Positions 27,159 to 38,140 of a stretch of 64,000 bases of DNA are shown here, one piece after another. This DNA is from Leptogorgia sarmentosa (lineage: Eukaryota), in contig OZ210885.1 in assembly GCA_964658305.1 (NCBI GenBank), forward strand, positions 24,614,001 to 24,678,000. The letters are read 5' to 3'. The notes beneath the pieces are model-generated. The model was not told the DNA's origin and ran no database searches. It saw only the letters and a program-made list of their open reading frames with translations. Positions within the stretch are counted from its first letter, which is position 1. Each line of letters opens with the position of its first letter. The translations under genes and the position numbers were made by a program.

Positions 27159-27454
27159 CCAGACTGCAAAGTTAGGCATTGCCGCACCCGAGATAATTAA
27201 ACGTTAAATTTTAGCGCACCTGACTATCTGAAATTCAAAGCTGTCACGAGTGAGGGTGTTAGTGTTGCCGCCCCCCGTGTCCCCGTTAACCTCCTTCGAT
27301 TCCCCAATAAACAGGAAAAACATTTTGCATTACCATTATAATCGCCAGTGTTTTTAGTAACACAGTAAATTACACTGACAATAACTGTAACTCTGTAAGT
27401 GCGTGCATGCGATGCAAGCATTACATATTTACATGTAGCCTACACACGCACACT

Positions 27455-27725
27455 CAGGGGCGTAACTTAGATATAAGCTTGGAGACTGTGAGTTACTGTA
27501 GATTGCTTCGAAAATGATGTAATATTTTAGGTCACAAGACGCTATAGTTTGCGTTAAGCGAGAAAATATTTGAAAATTTGGAGCCTTAGATTGCCGGAAA
27601 TGGCTTATTTAGAGTCCTCTTAACTCTTATTTTAGGCTTTTCCAGTTATCGAGATTTGCCCGAAAAAATTGCCATTTAAAAACTTGAGGGGGTGATACAA
27701 CCCCCTCCCAGTAGTTACGTCCCTG
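27455..27725. mobile_element. hAT-type MITE
   Basis: TIRs CAGGGGCGTAACT / AGTTACGTCCCTG; degenerate 8-bp TSD CGCACACT/TGCACATT. Confidence 0.7.
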
Positions 27726-27844
27726 TGCACATTTGCTACAAATCAGGCAAGGGACAAAAAGTTATTTTTCACTGTCATAGTGACATTCTAGTCGAGTTGA
27801 ATAAACATATGAAAATTCAATGAGTTTGAATCACTGTCAAGTTA

Positions 27845-30800
27845 ACTTGCAGGATTGCAAGTGTCTGCTTGGATAACATGGGGGCATCTAGGTTTCTCTG
27901 TTGTGAGCCTGTCCACCACTTTGCTGACTTTATGTTTTCCTTTTGCTCTGCCGCGCTCGTCGAAGAGCTCTGCTGAACGATGTCTTGCGATTCCCATTTT
28001 CTTATTTCCTTCGGTGTACTAATGGGCGATCTTCTTCATGGTTTCAGGACAGGTTATAGGATCTGGTATGCACCAATCAACTACAGCTCTTTCTATTAAA
28101 ACAGTGTTCCCTTGTCCACCGTTTTTCTTATGAGCGGCTACAACACTATAAAAACCTTCAACGATCGCCTCGCATCCACTACCAGCCAATGCTACATCTA
28201 GAGCAATACATAGTTCCTTGTCCAAAGACTTGAAGACTATTTGATTGTTGTAGAAAGATGCAAAGAAGTTTTCCTCATGTAGTTTTGCCTTCACAACAAC
28301 TCCCGACGCAAACTTAAGACTAAACCACTGATCCAAAGATTCAACACCATCAGCTGACATGGAAATCAAATTGCTCTCTTTGAATTCCTGGACAAAATTG
28401 CCTTTGAGGTCAACAAACAGATCAAAGCAACTTCCCAAGCCGAACCAAACCATCTTTTCTAATGTTACCTTCAATCTACTGAATATGATATCACTACGGT
28501 GAGGAAAAAGCTGCAAGGTATCATCGGCATCAGCAAGAGCACGAACATGAGGAAGATTACAGACGACTTCAAAGAGAGACTTGAACTCCTTTGCCCCATC
28601 AACTTCCCATTTTATCCTATCTTCTCTGTTTGCAACCAGCTTGCCATTCACAACTTTGAAATTGCAAAAATGCTTTAAAGCTTTCTCAAGATCAAAGATT
28701 TGATAAAGATGTTTTACAGCTTCAGAAACGGCACGTGCAAATCGAGCGTTGAGAGAAACCTGGAGACTTTGAGAAAAATCAACAAGGTCAAGAATGCAAT
28801 CCTGGGGAGTTCGAGCGTCCCATGTGTATGTTACATGCTTCTTTCCCATTCCTGATTTCACTGGTCTCATCTGTAACCAACCAGCCAAACATGAGAGGAA
28901 CACCCTGATGATTTTACGTGAAAATATAAAATATGTTATTTAGGAAAAGTAAATCAACAACTTTAGTATTATTATAGCATGAATCATAAAAAAGTACACA
29001 CTCGCTCACTTGACAAAAGCTCGAATAATTTAGTGCTAATTTAAGTTAATTTGAATACCGTACCTGAAAAGTGCCTGCTTTATTTCTCTCTTCTTCAACA
29101 TGACCTCTTCCCGAATTGATTTCTTGCCAATGTTCTGCCAACTTTGGAAGAATTGACTTCGAAGGTTGTGCACCTGCCGCAACTTTTTCTAACTCCTCTT
29201 TGCATTTCCCCAATATTTTGCCAACTCGCAAGAACCAGGAGATTATTTTCCAAGGAGGTAAATTAACTGTTTGCGCTCTAACCATCAGGGAAACCACAGG
29301 CTTCAGAAGATCTAACATTCCACAAAGGTCAACTGCGAAGTCTTCTCCACGGACTGTATAAAATATGGAAAAAAACGTTGTACATGTCTCTGATGTAAAT
29401 TAAAGATTTGTGAAGTCATCTTAAGGCAAAGGTCCAAGGAGGGAACAGCAAGTTTTTCTTGTGACATTTGTTACCTGGTACTTCGTTTCATCTTCCTCAT
29501 CCTCTTCATCCTCTTCATCTTCTCTACAGATTCGGTATGTTTCTATCAGCGCTTTATAACTATTATAAATTTTCTTCCATTGATCAAATGAAGAACTGAA
29601 AAACCTGGTCGTTGAGAATGTTACCGTCTCCAGTGCTTTTAGACCCTTTGCATCAGACAATCCAGTGTACTCCAAGTGTCCCCGGCCACGGCTAAACATG
29701 GAATGGAATCTGTTTGCTCTCTTGATTAATCTCTTGATTAACGACGAAGCTGATGAACTATCTTCACGCAAATCAGACATGGCCAAGTCCAGCCAATGGG
29801 AAACGTCCCATGGGGTTAAGAAAAAATTGTCCGATCTTTCGGTCTTCCCTAGCTGGTCAAATAGAGCCTCTTGAAACGTGTTGGACTGGTACTGGCCATC
29901 AGCATGAACGCCTACATATAAGGAACAGCACATTACCTTTAATACGCAGCTTACTACAGTTTACATCCACAGATCATGTTTTAAAATCATTTTTAATGAG
30001 AATCAATCAAATAATAAATATCCTATTTCAATTAGCTTTAAATCGTTAATCAGCAATACCACCAATGCTACAAAAAGATCCATTTAATGGAATTAATCAT
30101 TATTAACCATTAACTTGTATTAATTGCATTTATTAGTATTTAGTTATTAGACAATATTGTACACCTCTTATGTAATGCATATCTTGTTGTTCGAAATCCA
30201 ATTTCTCTTTAACAACAGTCACAACCTGTTTTGCAAGATCTTGACCAATACCTCCCTCAATATCAACTGTTGTTTCTGCAACTCTGTAGACAGGAGGGGC
30301 ATCAAGTGGCATTGCAATTCGCTTCCCCTGTACTGGCAAAATAACTAGAACAGCATGGTTTGTATCACGATGAGGGGTTGATTTATCAACAGCAAGGCAT
30401 ATATGAGGGGGGAGGCCTGTAGACTCCAATGGCTTTTTCAGGAAATCCTTGGTTTGTAGGAGTGAGTAGTGGTATGCAGCCGATATTATCTCTGGAAACT
30501 GATTTCTAATGTACAAACAATAAGACAATTAAAAGTAATACAGATTATAGAAGTATTTCATGCCTGTTGACCCTGCAAGGTTGCTTGCAGAAAGGGTGGA
30601 TAAGCTTACATTGATATTGTAATATGGCTTGTTACTGTAAATAACATTCTCAGCACAACCATTCTTCCTACCTTCCATGCCCAATGGTCCCAACGTCACC
30701 ACCACAAAGAGAAAGAAAACCAACAAGCCTTTCATATGAACTTCCAGCTGCTTTCATCTTACAGGCCTGTATAGCTGCAGCAACAAGAGTTGTGTTGATA

Positions 30801-32207
30801 TCCATGTTTCTCCTCTGGAACTGCTGTTCTTTTAGCATGAATTGCTTGGCATTGTAGTGCTCTTGTCCACCACTTCTGACGGAACTGCAACCCAGATGCT
30901 CCACCATAGAACTTTTAAAACTGTACCAAGTTTGGTTACAACCAGACACAGGATCCTCTGTTTTCTCTTTTTGGTAAACGAGGCCACTACCCCATGAACT
31001 GCAGCTATTCCTTTATTAAAGTAAAAATTTGACCCAACGATATAAGTAAACTTGGCATCAGACATTTTTTTAAATCATTTTTTTAAAAATAAAGGCATAA
31101 GCAGTATTACAATGCCATGTCGTATACTTACACACTCTTTCTTCGACGGGATTGCTGGTACTTCTGACAGGAGTAACAAGTGACTCTGCAACCGTCTTCT
31201 AGAATTTCGACAGTAATGTCTGGATGTTTGACTTCTAAAAGGCTTGATGCTGATAGTACTCCTGTTATTTAACACTTAATTGGTCTCGGTGCATTTTATT
31301 TTTTTCTGGGATGGTGAGTGACTCGAGCATTAAAATAACACGATTCATGTCCCCTTGTATTTTGTCAACTGGTGACTGTGTCTCGCTATTTTCTTCAGTT
31401 ACCATAAAATTTGTAATTGATTCTTGCATTGGTTCACTTTCTGGCACATTAATAACATTTGGAAGGCTGGCCTGATTGGTGCTAGATTCTCCTGCACGAG
31501 TATTGTCTTGCAGTTGGCTTTCAGATATTTTCTTACTGCACTTCAACAATTTTCTTGCACGTTCATGATTTTTTGGTATCACATATTTTGCATAATCTTC
31601 CTTAGGTTTGTCTGTGTGTTTCTGTGTCCAATGGCGCATCCTGTTGTAATCCCGCCCACGAGATATCTCTGTTCCACAATCAAGACAGATGTGTGAATCT
31701 GGTTTTTCTTTGGCATTGCTGCTAGAATTAGGAATTGTATCTTTTTTTAATTTCTTGACATTAATTGACTGCTTGCCACTTCCACTAGAAGGCGACATTC
31801 TCTTAAAAGATGCCCAAGGATCAGGTTTTGCTACAGCGGTTTGTTCATCTAATTTAAAACAAGTTGATAAAAATTATTAATCACATTACAGAGAAAAGCA
31901 ACATAATATTTAAGGTACAGTGAGGTAGGCTTTGTGCAATTTCTCTCATAGAGTCATATTATACTTTTTTCAATAAATATGGGGATCAGAATCAGATTAG
32001 AATTTCCATACCTTTTGCCTTGTTACTGCATTCATTCAAACAATGAAGACAGTTAATTTTTTGGCCATAGCCCTCTGCTTCATCTGCAATTTCTCCACAT
32101 ATTACATGGACATATTTTTGACATATAATGCATTGATGAGCAGTACCAACTGCATTGTTACACACACAGCAACAGAGTTCATCTTCTTCAAAAACTACAG
32201 GGTACAA
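27845..32207 (-). pseudogene. Divergent hAT-like transposase, at least 6 exons
   Basis: PHD-like CCVC..HQCIICQKYVHVICG..CLHC; BED-like CLDC..RHWTQKH; LAVDKST; HADGQY; WDVSHWLDL; STTRFF; SGCEAIVEGFYS. Contains frameshifts and stops. Confidence 0.7.
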
Positions 32208-32320
32208 TTACAGAACCACAAAGGTCAAACCATTGAAATAATTCAATTCTTTCAATACAACTTTGAACTTGCAGCAATAAACAACATGTAGTATGTCGCA
32301 TGTGCTGTAACTAAATCATA

Positions 32321-32770
32321 TTGTTATATAGTTGGTGTCAAAGTTCAATTTTCCTGTTTGCTGATTGGACAAAACTGTATCACGTGCCGGTCCACAAAAC
32401 GTCATGTTCGCCAACCGGTCAAAAATCAAAAAATTATTGACCGGGCAACAATTAAATGGGCACAATGCGCATGCGCGTCATCCGTGAAGTCCAAAGTTCA
32501 TTCAATCGTACGATGTTTTGATGGCGTAAGGCGTCCCATTCAATGTCTGTTTTTTGGTTTCAAGGTTCACTCCAGTATTAAACCGGTGAATTCATTCATA
32601 TTTTGACACTAAACTATATAACAAAACACTTATTTACTGAAACCTCGAGAAACATTGTGATTTGTGGCCCCTCGACCGCCATTGTTGCCCTCGGCTTCGC
32701 CTCGGGCAACAACGGCGGTCTCGGGGCCACAAAACACAATGTTTCCCTCGGTATCAGTAAATAAGTGATA
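32321..32770. mobile_element. Non-autonomous element with an inverted repeat pair and a long terminal hairpin (family uncertain)
   Basis: IR TTGTTATATAGTTGGTGTCAAA (32321) / TTTGACACTAAACTATATAACAA (32602), followed by a 141-bp imperfect palindrome at 32627-32767. Confidence 0.65.
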
Positions 32771-33342
32771 ATTATCAGTTTATCACACCGTAACAGTGTA
32801 AGTTGTGTAACACTATGTAAGATTGTTTTGGAGTAATGAACTTCAGTACGAAATATGAATAAAACAGAATAATTACATGCAAATGATGCACTCTTTGTCA
32901 CTTGATCTAAATAACAATGATTCTTAGAAAATTAGTAATTCATAAACTCACCATTAGAATCCACAAATTCAATATGAATATCATCCGCCATTCCGCCAAA
33001 CAAAAACTCTCAGAACGAAGGCTTACGAATTACTAGCGGGTTACCCGCCCGCCCTCCCATACACTACACAGGCACCCGTACTCGGGTGCAGAGGATCCCA
33101 ACGAATTACGAATATTAGACGTTTTATTTTGGTGAAAATACTCGCTTGAAAACTGTGTATAAATATTGACTGATTGCCACTGGGCATTCGCCCGCGACCG
33201 GCGGCCCGCACCTAGCCTGCACCTGAGGCTTTTTGGAGTTTGAAATTTCGCACCTGAACAACCGTTTTGCGCACCTGAGTTCAACTTAAATGTGTTTCCG
33301 CACCCGAGATCTCGGCGAAAAGTGCCCAACTCTGCAGTCTGC

Positions 33343-33800
33343 CTTGCAATTCATTCAACATTGACTGAGTGGGTACCCAATTGCGAACATGATCCAGAAA
33401 TTTCAAGAAGTTCGCATCTGCGAGTCTATGTTGTCCTCTTAGCAAGTGTTGGTATGTTGAAGATATAAATGTCGAATTACTAAGTGGGCTTTGTACAGTC
33501 ATTGAACGATTATTTCTCTTTTCGAAAGGTTGCTGTTGACAATAGTCACCCCCGAGGACTAAGACTGGCCTGAACATTAGGCGGTTAAAAGTTGCCAAAA
33601 TGTGTTCAAAAATTTTCTCTGATATCATGGATATTTTGTCAATGATAACCATGTCAAAACGCATTGTTAAAAAACCGGTTGGTGCTGCCACTAGTATATT
33701 CAGGCCACGTTGAGCATGCTTTCGCACAGAATGACAAAGAACATGCGTTTTGCCTGAACCTGCCTTGCCTATAAGTAAAATGGGCTTTGCCACTCAATAT
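33343..33800 (-). pseudogene. PIF1-family helicase, N-terminal part (internally deleted)
   Basis: GKAGSGKT (Walker A); VAAPTG; VIIDKISMI (degenerate Walker B); LGGDYCQQQP; QHR. Confidence 0.88.
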
Positions 33801-33860
33801 GTGTTTCAATGTCCATTTCTATTTTGCAGCTTGGATCATCTACCTCAACATCACTATCTA

Positions 33861-34092
33861 CAGGGTGTATGAAAAAAATGGTAACACAAATTTGGTGAGC
33901 CATATTTCACCAAATCGTTGATGGATTTCATCGAGCTTGATATCATTCGAAAGTTCAGTTCATTAGCTTTTAGATGACACATTTTATGTGGTATTTAGTT
34001 AAGAAACCAGCGAGCAGTGCTTCGGTGAACGTTTTAAGTGAATATCGCATATTTCCACCGATGAGAATTGCACGCAATTAAACCCAAGAGGT
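33861..34092. mobile_element. One end of a Tc1/mariner-like element
   Basis: TA|CAGGGTGTATGAAAAAAATGG start is typical of Tc1/mariner TIRs and it truncates the helicase ORF. No partner end found. Confidence 0.5.
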
Positions 34093-34096
34093 TTAA

Positions 34097-36790
34097 GACG
34101 GCTTGCTGTAAATACCACCTATACCCATGCAGGATAGAGAAATCCGATTTTTTCATACTTTGTCACAATAAAGGCCTTTGGTAACTTGTTTCAAAAATCT
34201 AAGTTTAGGGTTGTTTGGGTTTTTATTTTTTAGCCGAGAACGATTTATGTGTTTGACCGCCACAAGCCAGAGAATCCGACCTCAAAAATCATCATTTTTG
34301 GACGAGATTTTAATTTCAATCTAAAGCAATAACAGCAAAGTCAAAATGTTCTTGTTAAAGTATGAACCTTGGTCTCTACTTCAGCGGTATCAGATTAAAA
34401 ATAAACGTAATTCCCAACATATTTCTGATCTTTCGAATTTGTGACTTGTAACGTCAGTGTATCACGCACATAATTACGGGGAATTTGAAGGCCAAAATCG
34501 TCATCTGGTACATTGAGTATCCAAAAAATAATAATTTTCCTGTTATCAGTATCTTTTGAGCTTGACTATATAAAAAAATCAGCTCGAGATGCAAAAATGT
34601 TAGAAGGTTTGAAACACTGGTCACTTCCGTTCATCTGTTGACGTCTTGACCTTTGTTGTGTAAGGATAGTCCATGAATCATTGTTTTTTATTACTTGCTG
34701 ATTTACGTAATAATTCTCCTTGTGGTCGAATAAGATCACAAGGGAGTCAATAACCGAGATTTCAAAGGAAAATTCTCATAGTTTAGACGAAAATACACTA
34801 ATTTTTCACTGTTCAGTAGTTGTTTACTTTGAAGTTGATAACTTAATTACATAAATTCACGATGTACACACGATTATGACTTCCCAATTAAGACAACAAT
34901 ATCTCAAACAATATAGCTTCTAGAATGACTGGACAATATACTGAAGTATTCTGACCTTTAACAAAACTTTCCTTGGCGAGAACGTGGCAGCTTGTAATGA
35001 CTTAAACGAGATTTATAACCGTTTCGAGTAAGTTCCGGTTAGTTAAAACATAATATTAATCGATCCAAACAGCTAGTATCCCAAATAGTAATGATTTCTT
35101 CCTGGTTTGCTGTGATGAAGAGAATTATTCACCTAAAATCTTCAGGGGTTGCATTTTGAAATTATTTGAACTAATAACTAGTCTATTTATTACAGTCACA
35201 TGCAAGAATAAGCTCATCAAGGGCTTCGATGTACTCTTTCTTTCTTTTGTTGTTGAAATCCTCTGTTGGGATATCGAAAAACTCACAGATGGTATTGAGC
35301 ATAGCTATACTCAGTTGTGTCAATCGATTTCCCTTGGCCATGGCGCAGAGATGAAGATTGTCATAACTAATGGGGTGACAAAGCCCAACTTTTTCGATAA
35401 TCTCTTGGCGGAGTTCTTCATACGTCTTTTCTTTTTGTGCTGCTACTTGCTCTTCCTCGCTGTATTCTGTGTTTGTTACTTTCGCAGCCGTGCGCGAAAA
35501 GAAAGACTGTACTTGCTGTGGACTTAGGTATTCGTCACTGGAAAAGAGCTTGGTGCCATCTGGTGTGTGGGCAAATCTCATGTCACGAGAGACAGCATTT
35601 GGATCTTGCTTTTGACCGCTGACTTGACCAATGTTGAATTTATCTTCCAAGTACTGTCTCTGAGCGTCACTGAAGCGAGCGGCCTTTTGATTTGCTTTTA
35701 AAGCCCATCCTTCAGGAAAAGATGTAGTGGCAGATGTTTTGTTTTGTTGGGCAGATGACGACGAGATCACGCTTTCGCTGCCATCGGTCAGTAGAACATG
35801 GTACTGTTTCATTGCTGAGTCCAGAAGGGAGTCCCGTTCAGGCATCAATTTACACTGTCCAAATGAAAGGTGTTTTCCGAGACTAGAGTGGCGCTGATAC
35901 ATCTTCACACACCCGTCATTTGGACAACCAAGAAGCTCACCGCCTGCATAGGAATTTTCCTGTTATGTCACTTTAGCCTGCTGGTCTCTCGCTTTCCTTT
36001 GAAACGCTGAAAAAGTTGCCAGTGGAGAAGTTGCTTTGGAATGAGCAAGTTTTCAGGTAGTCTGGAACTGAAGGGTGGAAAAAAGATAGCCTCTTAGCGT
36101 TTGGTATAAAAAAACAATGATAAAAAACGTAATGAAAAAGATAGGAGGGACCCTTATCCAAAATAAAAACCTGCTTGCGACTTACTTTTCGAGGTATTTA
36201 GAGAACAAAATATGTATCAAACTGGGGGTATCGGTTGTTCGATCTTGCATGCAATTTCAGTCCTATATTGACTACAAGGACAGATTAGTTTGCACTAGAT
36301 GTCTTCAAATTAGGGTTGAACGGTCTACCTCTCCGGCGGTGGAGGGGTTGCGCACCTGTTAAATCTGTCACTCTTTTCCTTTTTTAGTTTAATATTTCTT
36401 TTTTGGTATTTGCGACTTCAGTTACCTTTGATTTCACTTCGTTTAAGGAATTTTCCATTGCCTACTTCAAACGCCTTCAGACCGTTACACCCTTATCGGT
36501 GTACTCAAAATTGTTGAGAAAACTAATTCCGGGCAGTTTTACTAGAGGAACTTCCGACTTGATCGTCGTGTCATCTGCGTCAACCAGAGCAACACGAACA
36601 CCACTTAATCCACCTTCGGATAAGACAGCATCACATAGATCTTGGGCACACTGTACATCGTGGCCTTCGTTGACATACTTCATTAATTGAGGCGGCTTTC
36701 CTGTCGCACGCCCCTTTGCCCCCTTGAGGATCGCTGAAATCAGCCCGACGAATGCTGATTCCAGTTCTCTTCTTCATTTTGTGGCAGTTG
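34097..36790 (-). mobile_element. Sola3-like DNA transposon, 3' half
   Basis: Transposase C-terminal exons plus a putative terminus after TTAA (34093-34096). The terminus is inferred because the other end is missing. Confidence 0.6.
35183..36785 (-). pseudogene. Sola3-like transposase C-terminal exons
   Basis: RRADFSDPQGGKGACDRKAA; YVNEGHDV; CPNDGCVKMYQRHSSL..H; GWALK..RFSDAQRQYLEDKFNIG..LSPQQVQSFFSR. Confidence 0.75.
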
Positions 36791-37719
36791 TTAAATAATA
36801 CAGTGTTTTTTATGCAGGTATTCGGATCCTGGACTGTGGTTCAATAGCTGTGTCCTCATTGAGGTTGTGGATTGATGGGTGACACCATGGAGTTTGATGG
36901 TGGATGGGGTTGAATGTTATGGTAGGATGGAAGGTTGTAGTAAAGTGAATCACATTAGAATGAATTGCATTAAAAGGAATTATATTAAAAGGAATTATAT
37001 TAAAAGGAATTATATTAAAACGAACCATATGTGTAGTACTGGCAAAACCCGGGTTTATAGTAATGTTTTGTGTGAATGCCTGGGCCGTAGTGATTGCCAA
37101 CTATCACCGGGCCCCGTACCCTGGTCTTCCGCAGAAAACTTGTAGTTATGTTTCATCAGGCCCCAAGCATAACTGGGAAAGCACGTTTCTAACCTGCTAG
37201 CTGGTCTTGGAACGACGTGCTCGCATATTGGGCGCCAGGCCCAACACACTGCGGCTGGCGCGCGAGTGCACCTATTTTTCGTTGACGAGTGGTGGGTGGT
37301 TTTAACCGCGATCCGGACGATGAATGGCTGCCTGTGCGCCGGGCCACCCCGCCGCGCCGGTATGACAGACGGCGAACCAATTACGTTTGTTAACTGTGAT
37401 AACAAGTAAATTGTGATAACAAGTAAATTAGAAACATGTTGACCCTACTTGGTTCGATCTCTTGGGACGGAGGTTGATCCTCCCAAGCCCCCGAGGCAGA
37501 AGCCTCGCCTTTCGCAGTCTTGGCAGCCCAGAGTACGGAAAATCTTTGCGCGTGTTTGCTTGCCGCGCGGCATGTAAATTATGTGTGGAGCAACGCACCG
37601 CCCGAGGCGGCGGAGGGCCCGGGGTCGGGCCCACCGCAACAGTGGAACTGAAAAACTTATAAGGCAGTTGAGGGACCGATTCTGCGTGCTAAGGGTGTTT
37701 TTAAGGGTTCGGATTTGAT

Positions 37720-38140
37720 GGTTAGGGTCAGATTAAGGATTGGGTTGGGGTTATGTCGAGGGTGTGTTTAGGGGTTAGGGTGGAATTGGTTAGGGTCAGG
37801 TTAAGGATTGAGTTGGGGTTATGTCGAGGGTGTGTTTAAGGGTTAGGTTGGAATTGGTTAGGGTCAGATTAAGGATTGGGTTGGGGTTATGTTGAGGGTG
37901 TGTTTAAGGGTTACGGTGGGATTAAAGATTGGGTTAGGATTATGTCGAGGGTGTGTTTAAGGGTTAGGGTGGAATTGGTTAGGGTCAGATTTAGGATTGG
38001 GTTGGGGTTATGTTGAGGGTGTACTGAAGGGTTCGGATTTGATTGGTTAGGGTCAGATTAAGGATTGGGTTTGGGTGAGGACAGGGGTCCATTTAGGTTG
38101 GAGGTGGTTAGGGTCAGGTTTAGGGTTTGGGTTAGATTTC
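37720..38140 (+). repeat. G-rich 68-bp tandem repeat containing TTAGGG
   Basis: Unit GGTTAGGGTCAGATTAAGGATTGGGTTGGGGTTATGTCGAGGGTGTGTTTAGGGGTTAGGGTGGAATT starts at 37720, 37788 and 37856, followed by degenerate copies. Confidence 0.9.

Larger units (their letters stand above)
27159..33342 (-). mobile_element. Divergent hAT-like DNA transposon inserted in the PIF1 helicase
   Basis: TIRs CAGACTGCAAAGTTAGGCA / TGCCCAACTCTGCAGTCTG with one unpaired terminal base; 8-bp TSD CTTGCAAT (27151-27158, 33343-33350). Removal restores ...LNELQEGRVL. Confidence 0.88.

Noticed and set aside
19743..33800. RecQ and PIF1 as host DNA-repair genes
   Set aside because: RecQ lies between TIRs with a 9-bp TSD. PIF1 is intronless, deleted, frameshifted and embedded among TEs.
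37720..38140. True telomere or chromosome-fusion site
   Set aside because: TTAGGG occurs only within a complex 68-bp unit; there is no pure array and no head-to-head inversion.
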